A DNA stretch of 64,000 bases, taken from Macrostomum lignano. Its lineage: Eukaryota. Under the pieces are notes generated by a model. The model saw only the letters and a program-made list of their open reading frames with translations, did no database searches and was not told the DNA's origin. Shown here piece by piece: positions 1-12,414 of the stretch (the stretch's first letter is position 1; every line of letters starts with the position of its first letter). Both the position numbers and the translations under genes were made by a program. Location of the stretch: assembly GCA_002269645.1 (NCBI GenBank), contig NIVC01002321.1, forward strand, positions 120,193-184,192. Reading direction: 5' to 3'.

Positions 1-1168
1 TGATAATTAATGTGGATTAACTACGACAGGGAAGAGCTGGAGAAGAGAAGAGATCGCGATCAGTACAAAATTGAAATCTACTCGCGGTTTAAATACCATA
101 CAAAATCTTGGAATCATACAGTAAAACAAAAATAATAATGAATTGTAAATTTGCACACCTGAATAGCAAAATTAAATACAACTTAAAAAATAAATAATAA
201 TAAATACTAAAAAATACACTATTCATAAACATAATTAAATCTACATCGTTACAACTCCACACATGGTTGTGGAAGCGAAGCTATAATAAAATTACAATCA
301 ACACTTGTACACATACAGCGTGCATTTAGATGCCAATTATAGCGAGAAGTTGAATCCCTAAACGTGTATTTAATCCTATATTTTACATACTATTGATTGA
401 GAAACAATTTACATGTATAAAAAACAATCGAATAAAAATTTTACAGCTTTGCGAAATCTTGGGATGACGAAGTGTCCTCAAAATTTGGTCACTTCGTGTA
501 GAAAAATTCTAATCAAAGCTGTAGTGCACAAGGGGTGGTGGGTTAGGGTGTAAACAGAGCTACTTTAGGCACAGTTGACACAATTGTAAGTATGTACACT
601 GTCGATAGATACTGCGACTTAAATAAATAAGACAATCTCAGTCTCAGTCCCAGTTGGAGTGTTTGAAACGCAATGGAAAGATAGAGTTAGAAATGGGACA
701 GTCAGCTATCGCTGGATATAACACAGGATCCCGCAGCTGCTCTTTTCCTTTTGACTGCTCTTTTTCTTTGACAGATGGTGTTATATCTTTGTTCTAACAT
801 GCATGTAAAGCACTGGTCGAAAGGATTTTAATTCGATTTCCTTCGTACAAATACAATCGACTACTTTGTGACAGACGATGGAGCAACTTGACTGCTTTTA
901 TTTATTGCATTGCGCCCTTGTGCCAAACTTTGACTGCGCGCTTTTGCAACACAGAGCCAGAAGTGCGCGCTTGTGCCAAACTCTGACAGCGCACTTATGC
1001 CAGTGCGGTCTTGTGATGGTGCGCGCTTATGCCAATGCTGAGCACTTTCTACCGCGCTCTTGTACAAGTCAAAACGTGCGCGCTTATGCCTCTGTGCGCC
1101 TGTGCCAGACTTTGACATAAAATACACAGGCGCGCTTGTGCTGGTGCGCGCTTATGATGGCGACCCGA

Positions 1169-1495
1169 CAGTGGCGGAGTGTACAATGGGGCAGAGAGGC
1201 AGTGGCGGAGTGTACAATGGGGCAGAGAGGCAGTGGCGGAGTGTACAATGGGGCAGAGAGGCAGTGGCGGAGTGAACAATGGGGCAGAGGGGCAGTGGCA
1301 GAGTGTACAATGGGGCAGAGGGGCAGTGGCGGAGCTTACAATGGGGCAGAGAGGCAGTGGCGGAGTGTACAATGGGGCAGAGAGGCAGTGGCGGAGTGTA
1401 CAATGGGGCAGAGAGGCAGTGGCAGAGTGAACAATGGGGCAGAGAGGCAGTGGCAGAGTGAACAATGGGGCCGAGGGGCAACGGAGGAGTGTACA
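1169..1495. repeat. 31-bp minisatellite (CAGTGGCGGAGTGTACAATGGGGCAGAGAGG)n
   Basis: About 10 tandem copies read directly. Confidence 0.92.
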
Positions 1496-1875
1496 ATGAG
1501 AGTGGAATGGAGAAGATGGTTTATTGAGAGGAGTGTGAAATAAATGCGGTGCGCTTTATAGACAGTTTCTTTAGTGCTATCCGCACAAATTTTCATTCAT
1601 AAGCATAAAAATAGATTTATTGCAATTCCGATACTAGTGAATAGTAATCAAGCAAGCATTAGTACAGTTTAGTGTAAAAAAAACCATGCATAAAATTGTC
1701 GCGCAAAGCGTGAAGGTTAACGAAAAAAGCAAAGTAAAAATTTATTTCTTTTTATGAAAAAATGAAATTTCGGTTATACACAAACTAAATTGAATGCACT
1801 TTTAAGTGAACTCGAGTTGTAACATAGATTAGTGTACATGTTTAGCATACACAGGGATGTAGAGATATTGTATAT

Positions 1876-2108
1876 GTACACAGCTAGATGCACAGATATT
1901 ATTGTACATGTAGTGCACAGCTAGATGTACAGAGATTATTGTACATGTAGTGCACAACTAGATGTACAGAGATTATTGTACATGTAGTGCACAGCTAGAT
2001 GTACAGAGATTATTGTACATGTAGTACACAGCTAGATGTACAGAGATTATTGTACATGTAGTACACAGCTAGATGTACAGAGATTATTGTACATGTAGTA
2101 CACAGCTA
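1876..2108. repeat. 37-bp minisatellite (GTACATGTAGTGCACAGCTAGATGTACAGAGATTATT)n
   Basis: About 6 tandem copies. Confidence 0.9.
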
Positions 2109-2994
2109 AATAAAACACAAATTAATGCAACGAGAAAAATAAACCATAAAAAACTGCTTTTTAGCCTCAGCTAAAAATTAATATTAATCTTCAGAAGCAT
2201 TCTCTAAGATTCTATACAGATACAGAAAAGGTTAAAACTTTTACAGTGCAGTTTCGCGAACGCACGGATTAGCAAAGATTTCGTCTGGCAAAGCAAAATT
2301 GTCGTCTCGGTAGTTGTCAGAATCTTCGCCGAGAATTTGAGTGCTGACCTGACAGGTGAGTGGGGAGTAGGTGACAACCTGCTGTTGCTGCTGCTGCTGT
2401 TGTTCGGATTTCGGCCGACCAGCAATCAAAAATGCGATCCCGGCTGTGGAGAGAAATTAATAAAATGCGATGGCTTTTTTTACAAGAAAAGTAGCCAATG
2501 CTCTCCTAATTCTGTAGCTAATGCTCACCTAATTCTGTAGCTAATGTGCGGCTAATTCTACCAGTATAACTGATGTCTTTATAATTTTTTAGCTATTGGG
2601 CGACTAATTCTGTTGCTAATATTCGCCATAGTCCTATATAAGAGGCGCCAATTTCTCTGTCACATGTGTCTTTTCTATTTATTTTCTGTACTTTTAACTC
2701 AGCTATTAAAGTCTCTAATGAAAATCATTGGGACAATAAAACATAAGGAGTAGTGTAGATAGTTTTTGTTGCCATTACTGAAATTAAGGAAAACTTTTTG
2801 TGCGGTACACAATAGTTTGTGCATTTAAAGTGGACAGACAACAGGAATGTACATGTACAATGTACATGTAAAGTTTTAACTCGCTATGTTGAGGTTTATG
2901 AGGTCTACGCCATTCATAGAAAGCTATACATTGTTCTGAATCATCTATGAGCTACAGATAGGCATGAATTTAATTCTCTGATGTCCTGCTCCTC

Positions 2995-3545
2995 TGCACC
3001 CCCAAATTAATCCACCACCCCAATTCTCTCGCGTCCTGACTCACCATCCTCACCCCCAAATTAACCCACCACCCCAATTTTCTCACGTCCTGACTGACCC
3101 TCCTCACCCCAAATTAACCCACCATCCCAATTCTCTCGCGTCCAGACTGACCCTCTGCACCCCCAAATTAACCCACCACCCCAATTCTCTCGCGTCCTGA
3201 TTGACCCTCCTCACCCCCAAATTAACCCACCACCCCAATTCTCTCGCGTCCTGACTGACCCTCCTCACCCCCAAATTAACCCACCACCCCAATTCTCTCG
3301 CGTCCAGACTGACCATCCTCACCCCCAAATTAACCCACCACCCCAATTCTCTCGCGTCCAGACTGACCCTCCGCACCCCCAAATTAACCCACCACCCCAA
3401 TTCTCTCGCGTCCAGACTGACCCTCCGCCCCCCAAATTAACCCACCACCCCAACTCTCTCGCGTCCAGACTGACCCTCCGCACCCCCAAATTAACCCACC
3501 ACCCCAACTCTCTCGCGTCCAGACTGACCCTCCGCACCCACAAAT
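2995..3545. repeat. 54-bp minisatellite (CACCCCCAAATTAACCCACCACCCCAATTCTCTCGCGTCCAGACTGACCCTCCG)n
   Basis: About 10 copies; explains the 18-aa periodic ORFs. Confidence 0.92.
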
Positions 3546-4009
3546 TAACTCACGATCCCAATCCTCTCGTGTTCTAATTGTTATACAGATCTCAAATGCA
3601 ATTATGTATTGCTGTACGCCAGACAACAATTGAATAGTGTCAAACCAAATATTTTCTACGAGAAGCAACCATACTAATAGCTAAACTGACAATCGGTATA
3701 ATTTACCGATCGTGTCTCAAGCTAAAACTGTGCAAGTTTTTTTTCAGGCCTCCACTCAGCAATTCGGTCAAGAACTATCTTCTCCACATTCGCTTCTCCC
3801 CTTTCGAATCAATATATAGTCTTATTTCTCTCCATAGGACTAAGTGTTTTTGTGTAACGAAACGATGATGGGTAGATAGTATCGTTTTTTGACCACAAAA
3901 GTTTTGACTCTAAAAAATTTGAGTCGAATTTTTAGGAAATTTAAATTACGAGCGTAAATTTGAGTTGAAAATTGGACTTCCTGGTCACAGCATTAGAGAT
4001 CTTTGTGGA

Positions 4010-4768
4010 GGGGGAGAAGAGGAACGGAAAAGCGGGGGGAGAAGCGGAGGGGAGAAGCGGAGAGGAGAAGCGGAGGGTAAGAAGCAGAGGGGGAGAAGCG
4101 GAGGGGAGAAGCGGAGGGGAGAAGCGGAGGGGAGAAGCGGGGGGGGGAGAAGCGGAGGGGGAGAAGCAGGGAGGAAGAAGCGGAGGGGGAAAGCGGAAGG
4201 GAAATAGCAGAAGGGGAGAAGCGGAGGGGGAGAAGCGGAGGGGGAGAAGCGGAGGGGGTGAAGCGGAGGGGGAGAAGCAGAGGGGGAGAAGCGGAGGGGA
4301 GAAGCGGAGGGGAGAAGCGGAGGGGGAGAAGCGGAGGGTAAGAAGCAGAAGGGGAGAAGCGGAGGGGGAGAAGCGGAGGGGGTGAAGCGGAGGGGGAGAA
4401 GCAGAGGGGGAGAAGCGGAGGGGGAGAAGCGGAGGGGAGAAGCGGAGGGGAGAAGCGGAGGGGGTGAAGCGGAGGGGGAGAAGCAGAGGGGGAGAAGCGG
4501 AGGGGGAGAAGCGGAGGGGAGAAGCGGAGGGGTGAAGCGGAGGGGAGAAGCGGAGGGTAAGAAGCAGAGGGGGAGAAGCGGAGGGGAGAAGCGGAGGGGA
4601 GAAGCGGAGGGGAGAAGCGGAGGGGAGAAGCGGAGGGGGAAGCGGAGGGGGTGAAGCGGAGGGGGTGAAGCGGAGGGGAGAAGCGGAGGGAGAAGCGCGG
4701 AGGGGAGAAGCGGAGGGGTGAAGCGGAGGGGGAGAAGCAGAGGGGGAGAAGCGGAGGGGAGAAGCGGC
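4010..4768. repeat. 13-14-bp GA-rich minisatellite (GGGGGAGAAGCGGA)n directly after the mGluR stop codon
   Basis: Tandem copies with variable G-run length. Confidence 0.92.
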
Positions 4769-4788
4769 CTGATCGCGCAGACAGCCAT

Positions 4789-5439
4789 TCAGCGATCAGG
4801 CACTCGGGGCAACCTACAATCCGCTGCACCAGAAGAATGAGCGGCAGGCATCGCAAAGGTCGCCTCCTCGTCGATGAACCAGGTGACCCGGCTGAACAGC
4901 AGGTCGGATTCCACGGCAGTCGATGTTTCCCGACTGCGAACCATCAGCTCCGAGGCATTCGAGGGATTAGCAACGGATGAGAATTTATTTGACTGGAAGA
5001 ATTCCCCACGCCGCCTAGAGGGGATAAAATCCCCGTTAGCGAGCGGTGAGAAATCCCTACCGAAATCTGGGCCTTTGATGTTGCCTCCGCCGCCGTCGCC
5101 GCCACTGTCGCTGTCGCTGTCGGATGCGACACCGCCGTCAGCCGGCAATGCCGAGGCGGTCGGAGGCTCCGCCCTGCCCTCCGCCGTATCGATGTTGGCG
5201 GCCGCTTCGCTGCGACTCCGAACTCCACTGCCCAGCAGCAGCGGCTTTTTCGTCGGCGAGAACAGCTCGCGTCTCCCTTGAGCGCTGGCGCCGCCGCCGC
5301 CAGCTGCCGGTGAGGCATTCGATCGGCGGACATTCTTGTGTGGCTTGAACAACACAATGTAGATCTTTGGGACGAACATGCAGCCAACAGTGACCGAGGC
5401 GCTGATGCTGATGCACATGCACAGGGAGGTCAGCTTAAT
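4789..5439 (-). CDS. mGluR exon 6: TM7 and cytoplasmic tail
   Basis: CAG|ATT acceptor; SLCMCISISASVTVGCMFVPKIYIVLFKPHKN. The six exons sum to 3117 nt (1038 aa plus stop) in one frame. Confidence 0.9.
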   Translation of the reverse strand: MKLTSLCMCISISASVTVGCMFVPKIYIVLFKPHKNVRRSNASPAAGGGGASAQGRRELFSPTKKPLLLGSGVRSRSEAAANIDTAEGRAEPPTASALPADGGVASDSDSDSGGDGGGGNIKGPDFGRDFSPLANGDFIPSRRRGEFFQSNKFSSVANPSNASELMVRSRETSTAVESDLLFSRVTWFIDEEATFAMPAAHSSGAADCRLPRVPDR

Positions 5440-5690
5440 CTGCTCGGGCAGCAGGTGGTTTGGCATTTTTGTCATGCGTTTGTTCGATAACAAATCATCA
5501 AGCATTTCTCTCCTGCATCTCCGACTGCATTTCCTACAATGTTCTCTACAACGTCCCCTAAAGCACTCCGGCCCGCGAAGCCTCTCTTCAATCCTCGGGA
5601 CCTTTGAAACTTCACAATAGCAATCCGGCCCGCTCAAGATCTGTGTCTCTTCTCAGCTCTCTTCTGGCTAACCTCCTCTTTTCTTTTTTT

Positions 5691-5938
5691 TCTCCTCTCC
5701 TCTCCTCTCCATTCTCTCCTCTCCTCTCCATTCTCTCCTCTCCTCTCCTCTCCTCTCCTCTCCTCTCCTCTCCTCTCCTCTCCTCTCCTCTCCTCTCCTC
5801 TCCTCTCCTCTCCTCTCCTCTCCTCTCCTCTCCTCTCCTCTCCTCTCCTCTCCTCTCCTCTCCTCTCCTCTCCTCTCCTCTCCTCTCCTCTCCTCTCCTC
5901 TCCTCTCCTCTCCTCTCCTCTCCTCTCCTCTCCTCTCC
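5691..5938. repeat. (CTCCT)n microsatellite in mGluR intron 5
   Basis: Near-perfect pentamer run. Confidence 0.95.
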
Positions 5939-6451
5939 TTCTGAGGCAGAAAAGTTGACTCCTGAGGCCCTAAAGCATCACTTACAGCATCCCCTTAAAA
6001 TCATTGCGACATCGTCTACAGTCTCTCTATAAATAACACTGAGCTAACTACTTAATGGCATGACAGAATTCAATTTGAAGCAGTCATGCAACTAGAAGCA
6101 GATTTATAGCATTAATCCTCTGTGTGCATGCGAGCATCTAAATACAAAACACAGCTCCATCAACTTTTGCATACCAATATCATCTGCGGATTAGAACTCA
6201 ACCAATGAAATGACTGATGGAACCTACCTAATATATTGTTGGCTTTTGTCTTTTAAAAAACATCAGAGTATTATCGATTAGCTACATGTAACTTACAGTA
6301 TCTAAATATACTTTGCTGTCTTTACAATGCAATTTCAACATACTCGAAATAACTGCCTCAAAATTTCCTGATCTGAAATCCCGTGATCCAGCAGCCCCTC
6401 GGCCAACATCTAGACTAAAAGAATCCAGAACCCCACATCCTTGAAACTTTG

Positions 6452-7235
6452 AGCCTACACCCTGAGCCTACACCCTGAGCCTACACCCTGAACCTACACC
6501 CCTGAATCTACACCCTGAGCCTACACCCTGAACCTACACCCTGAACATACACCACTGAACCTACACCCTGAACCTACACCCTGAACCTACACCCTGAACC
6601 TACACCCCTGAATCTACATCATGAACCTACACCCTGAGCCTACACCACTGAACCTACACCCCTGAACCTACACTCCTAAACCTACATCCCTGAACCTACA
6701 CTCCTGAACCTACACCCCTGAACCTACACCCTGAGCCTACACTTCTGAACCTACACCTCTGGACCTACACCACTGAACCTACACCCCTGAGCCTACATCC
6801 TGAACCTACACCCCTGAGCCTACATCCTGAATCTACACCCCTGAGCCTACATCCTGAACCTACACCCCTGAGCCTACACCCTGAACCTACACCACTGAAC
6901 CTACACCACGGAGTCTACACCCTGAATCTACATCATGAACTTACACTCCTGAATCTACACCACTGAACCTACACCCTAAACCTACACTCCTAAACCTACA
7001 CTCCTGAACCTACACTCCTGAACCTACACCCCTGAACCTACACCCCTGAACCTACACCCCTAAACCTACACCCCTGAACCTACACCCCTGAACCTACACC
7101 CCTAAACCTACACCCCTGAACCTACACCCCTGAACCTACACCCCTAAACCTACACCCCTGAACCTACACCCCTGAACCTACACCCCTGAACCTACACTCC
7201 TGAACCTACACCCTAAACCTACACCCTGAACCTAC
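6452..7235. repeat. 12-13-bp minisatellite (CTGAACCTACACC[C])n in mGluR intron 5
   Basis: Tandem copies running almost up to the splice donor. Confidence 0.92.
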
Positions 7236-7261
7236 GCCCCAGAAGAACCCCAACAACTCAC

Positions 7262-8550
7262 CCGGAAGTTCCTTAGCGATCCGAAATAGATAGCTATAAA
7301 CGCCAGCCACACGATGCAAGTCGAGTACATGGTGAAGGCGATGTACTTTGCCTCGTTGAAATTCTCCGGAATATTTCTAGTCTTGAAGGCGTACAATGTG
7401 CACAGCACTATGAGGATCATATTGTACAGCAGAGAGACCACAATAGCAACGTCGTCAACTGCGCAGCGAAGCACCTTGTGATCTCTGTCAGGGTAGTCAA
7501 ACTTGGTCTTGGGCAGGTCCATACCCAACCAGGTCATGTCTCCGATCACTTGCACGGACACTAGGCAGCAGCACAGAATCAGCTGCGACTTCGGGCTGGT
7601 GTAAGATGGCTTCTTCATCAACGATTTAATACCGCGATTAAATATCCGACTCAATCGGTTGGTCTTGGTGAAGATGGCCGAGTAGATTATGCTCAGGCTT
7701 AGCCCGTTGAAGATGCGAAGGAAGCCGCAGGTGACGGGAGTCGGAGGCGCCAGCATGATGAAGGTCATGCAGTAGGACATGGACACTCCAGCCAGCATCA
7801 CGTAGCAAAGCTCGCGGCCTGACGCCCTGATAATCGGAGTGTTGTTGTACCGGACAAAGACCACCAGGACAAAGACTGTCCAGACCAGTCCCAGGAAGCT
7901 GAATGTCATGGGCAGGAGAGCCCACACGCTGCCCAGCTGGATTGTCTCCACAGGTAGCGGCTGGCACTCGTTAAAAAAGCGGTTTGGCACGGAGCCAAGC
8001 TCGCAATTGGAGCACAGGGTCGCATTGAGCACTATCTGATATTTGTTGTCGCAGGGCACACACTCCCAGCAGCAGGTGGCCGCCTCCTTGTTGGGCGCCA
8101 CTGTCCTGTAGCCAAAGCCGCAGGGCTCCGAGCAAACTGATCTAGGTGCAACTTCGTCTGGGGTACCCCAGCGAAGGCTGCTGTTGTCCAGTTCGAGATG
8201 GTCGTCTCCCCAGGTGCCAATTTTGACGTACTCGAACACGGATGAAGCGTTTTTTCCAGCTGGGCGACGCTGAAACTGGAAGATCTCGTACAGGGACTCC
8301 CGGTCGCCTTTCCTGTTGAATCGCAGAATGTTGCCGGACGTTCCAATGAAGCTCACGTTGCGAATGTGATCGCGCAGTACCGTCCCGTTCAGCTTCTGGA
8401 TGATGTCGCGACACGATTTGGGATGGACACTCGGACACAGCCGGTGCAGCATGTTCTCTAGCGAGTGAGCCATGGCGTACACGGCGTCAACTACCATGGG
8501 GACCAGGCCTTCCTGCTCGTAGCGGCTGTGCAGTCCGATTTGCTCTGCGC
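7262..8550 (-). CDS. mGluR exon 5: end of flytrap, cysteine-rich domain, TM1-TM6
   Basis: YEQEGLVPMVVDAVYAMAH, SVCSEPC, CCWECVPC, TPIIRASGREL, KTNRLSRIF, KTRNIPENFNEAKYIAFTMY; donor CGG|GTGAGT. Confidence 0.96.
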
Positions 8551-8559
8551 CTGTTTGAA

Positions 8560-8917
8560 AACAGAATCCTACAGAATCTTACAGAATCTTACAGAATCTT
8601 ACAGAACCTACAGAATCTTACAGAATCCTACAGAATCTTTCAAAATCTTACAGAATCTTACAGAATCCTACAGAATCTTACAGAATCTTACAGAATCCCA
8701 CAGAATCTTATAGAATCTTACAGAATCTTACAGAACCTACAGAATCTTACAGAATTTTACAGAATCTTACAGAATCTTACAGAATCTTACAGAACCTACA
8801 GAATCTTACAGAATCCTACAGAATCTTTCAAAATCTTACAGAATCTTACAGAATCCTACAGAATCTTACAGAATCTTACAGAATCTTACAGAATCTTACA
8901 GAATCTTGCAGAATCCT
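8560..8917. repeat. 10-bp minisatellite (ACAGAATCTT)n filling mGluR intron 4
   Basis: Covers most of the 419-bp intron. Confidence 0.93.
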
Positions 8918-8969
8918 AATAATCTTGCGTCTTATTGCTTCCTTCAAAAGAACCCACAGCCCAGCTCAC

Positions 8970-9101
8970 CTGTGCAATTATTCAGCCCACTTCCCGGCCG
9001 GCCGTCCCAGCTGCAGTGAAAGTGGCTCTCCCAGAACTCCGGCCACCAGGGATTCACCTGGGCGTGATCTCGGGTCAGGTTGCGAAAGTATTGGTCGAAA
9101 C
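8970..9101 (-). CDS. mGluR exon 4
   Basis: GFDQYFRNLTRDHAQVNPWWPEFWESHFHC; CAG acceptor and GTGAG donor. Confidence 0.92.
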
Positions 9102-9127
9102 CTGCGGAGGTGCAACGGCGTTGCGTA

Positions 9128-9130
9128 TCC

Positions 9131-9189
<59 letters not shown>

Positions 9190-9190
9190 C
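9128..9190. repeat. (ATCT)n microsatellite in mGluR intron 3
   Basis: About 15 copies in a 100-bp intron. Confidence 0.95.
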
Positions 9191-9201
9191 ATCTCACCCA
9201 C

Positions 9202-9489
9202 CTGCCACAGCCCGCCTCTCCGGCAGCAGGCTGATGGCCCCCTCTGCCAGGAACTGCTCCCCCAGCAGGTGTTCGGTCTTTCGTCCCCAGCCGTCGCTGG
9301 CCACCCAAAAGAAGCTCCGCTTGGTCAAGCGGCTCCCCAGCTGGCCAAACAGGAGCCGCAGGGTCTCGGCCTGGCAGAAGGCCACAACCACGCGTGATTT
9401 TTCAAGCTTCAACAGGCCGTCAGCGATGCCCGCGAGGCTGTCGTTTCGAGCGTTTCGAGGAATGACGAGGTACTTGTTGATGCAGATGC
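9202..9489 (-). CDS. mGluR exon 3
   Basis: GICINKYLVIPRN...SRVVVAFC...FFWVASDGWG...AEGAISL; canonical splice sites with phase 1 at both ends. Confidence 0.92.
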
Positions 9490-9534
9490 CTGCGGCGGTG
9501 GAAGGTCACTGGTTTTTCAGGTGGCAGGTACGGT

Positions 9535-10062
<528 letters not shown>

Positions 10063-10068
10063 TTAGTC

Positions 10069-10783
10069 TTGCTGGGCCAGCCTCCCAGATCCTCAGTTGC
10101 TGGGCCAGCCTCCCAGATCCTCAGTTGCTGGGCCAGCCTCCCAGATCCTCACTTGCTGGGCCAGCATCCCAGATCCTCAGTTGCTGGGCCAGCCTCCCAG
10201 ATCCTCAGTTGCTGGGCCAGCCTCCCAGATCCTCAGTTGCTGGGCCAGCATCCCAGATCCTCAGTTGTTGGGCCAGCCTCCCAGATTCTCAGTTGCTGGG
10301 CCAGCCTCCCAGATCCTCAGTTGCTGGGCCAGCCTCCCAGATCCTCAGTTGCTGGGCCAGCATCCCAGATCCTCAGTTGTTGGGCCAGCCTCCCAGATTC
10401 TCAGTTGCTGGGCCAGCCTCCCAGATCCTCAGTTGCTGGGCCAGCATCCCAGATCCTCAGTTGCTGGGCCAGCCTCCCAGATCCTCAGTTGCTGGGCCAG
10501 CATCCCAGATCCTCAGTTGCTGGGCCAGCCTCCCAGATCCTCAGTTGCTGGGCCAGCATCCCAGATCCTCAGTTGCTGGGCCAGCCTCCCAGATCCTCAG
10601 TTGCTGGGCCAGCCTCCCAGATCCTCAGTTGTTGGGCCAGCCTCCCAGATCCTCAGTTGCTGGGCCAGCCTCCCAGATTCTCAGTTGCTTGGCCAACCTC
10701 CCAGATCCCCAGTTGCTGGGCCAGCCACCCAGATTCTCAGTTGCTGGGCCAGCCTCCCAGATCCTTAGTTGCTGGGCCAGCTA
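10069..10783. repeat. 28-bp minisatellite (GCTGGGCCAGCCTCCCAGATCCTCAGTT)n in mGluR intron 1
   Basis: About 25 copies. Confidence 0.93.
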
Positions 10784-11304
10784 CCAACTCCCCCCCTTTG
10801 GACTTGGAAGTCACTGGGCCACCCTAACTGAATGAGACTCAAACCTTCCTAATCACAAGTTTCCTGGAAAGTGCACAGTATTTCCTGGAAAGTTGTTTCC
10901 AGCAGCGATACAATGGCATAGTCAGAAAGCAACACACATAAATCAAGTTGAAATGTGATAGATCGAAGAAAAACTTGCATTGCAAATGCAAATCTGCAAC
11001 CAGATAGCTGCTCAACACGAGGCCCAGTACAATGCAAGGCCTATAGGAGCACCCTGCGTGAGCAACAGCCATTAGCCACGGTTCATGGGAGGCGGTTGTC
11101 GCTTGACCAAGCGCAGTAAAGCCGCTCCGCCATGCCTCCACAGCTGTGTTCCGTCTCACACAGCTGACTCCACTACTTTATTCTCCCGTATCCATTTTCT
11201 CCAAACTGCAGCATCTATAATAAACCTTTATAGCCTTGAAGCCAGCGCTGAGTTAGAGTTTATGTAGTTCAGCACTCTATCTATCTACCATCTTCTGGGT
11301 AACG

Positions 11305-11886
11305 GTCTCAGTCTCCCCCTCTCAGTCTCCCTCTCTCAGTCTCTCTCTCTCGGTCTCCCTCTCTCAGTCTCCCTCTCTCAGTCTCCCTCTCTCAATCTCC
11401 CTCTCTCAGTCTCCTTCTCTCAGTCTCCCTCTCTCAGTCTCCCTCTCTCAGTCTCCCTCTCTCAGTCTCCCTCTCTCAGTCTCTCTCTCTCGGTCTCCCT
11501 CTCTCAGTCTCCCTCTCTCAGTCTCCCTCTCTCAATCTCCCTCTCTCGGTCTCCCTCTCTCAGTCTCCCTCTCTCGGTCTCCCTCTCTCGGTCTCCCTCT
11601 CTCAGTCTCCCTCTCTCAGTCTCCCTCTCTCAATCTCCCTCTCTCAGTCTCCTTCTCTCAGTCTCCCTCTCTCAGTCTCCCTCTCTCAGTCTCCCTCTCT
11701 CAGTCTCCCTCTCTCAGTCTCCCTCTCTCAGTCTCTCTCTCTCGGTCTCCCTCTCTCAGTCTCCCTCTCTCAGTCTCCCTCTCTCAATCTCCCTCTCTCG
11801 GTCTCCCTCTCTCAGTCTCCCTCTCTCAGTCTCCAGGCTCTCGGTCTCCCTCTCTCAGTCTCCCTCTCTCAGATTCCCTCTCTCAG
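11305..11886. repeat. 14-bp minisatellite (CTCTCTCAGTCTCC)n
   Basis: Tandem copies. Confidence 0.92.
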
Positions 11887-12414
11887 CATTTTCTTCAAAT
11901 CCAGTCCGCTAATCCGCAGTACTCGTTTCAAACTGTACTCCCTATGCGCGTCTCTGTCTCCATCAATCATACAATGTCCCTCATCACCCCTATCCAGTCT
12001 CCCATTGCATTTCGCCCAGATCACTTAGACACCACTGCATTCAGCATAATGGGTAGTCATGACTATGTTTTAAAAATAGAATATAGAAGAATGCTCGCTA
12101 TATATGATTACGTTAGCTTGTTAAAGTACATTTAAAATCGCACTTGCATTTAAATTCACTTAATATTCAGTCTGTAGCGAACAGCTCATGTGATCACGTG
12201 ATTCATACTGTAATTAAATTTCTAGACAATAGTATCGCCTAGGCGATTAAAAGCTTTGGTAATATGACTAGAAACTAATGGGTCTTAATCACAGGGAATA
12301 ATTGAAATTCAGCATCTTGTTCTACCATCAGAGAAGTTGTAAAAGTGCTAATTAGGAGTTGAGTTGAGATTTTCAATGTTTTCATGCCCTTTAAATATAG
12401 CTTAGGGTCCTTGA

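Noticed and set aside
532-548. GGGGTGGTGGGTTAGGG matching the reverse complement of part of the 54-bp unit, plus one TTAGGG
   Set aside because: A single low-complexity match of about 14 bp is compatible with chance; there is no telomeric array.
861-4856. Many periodic ORFs in the ORF track (for example QWGREAVAECTM, SPPLLPSA)
   Set aside because: They are translations of minisatellites that lack stops; the same applies to ORFs at 9.8-10.8, 14.4-15, 16.2-17, 20.1-20.6, 26.8-27.8, 40.7-41.5 and 56.4-57.8 kb.
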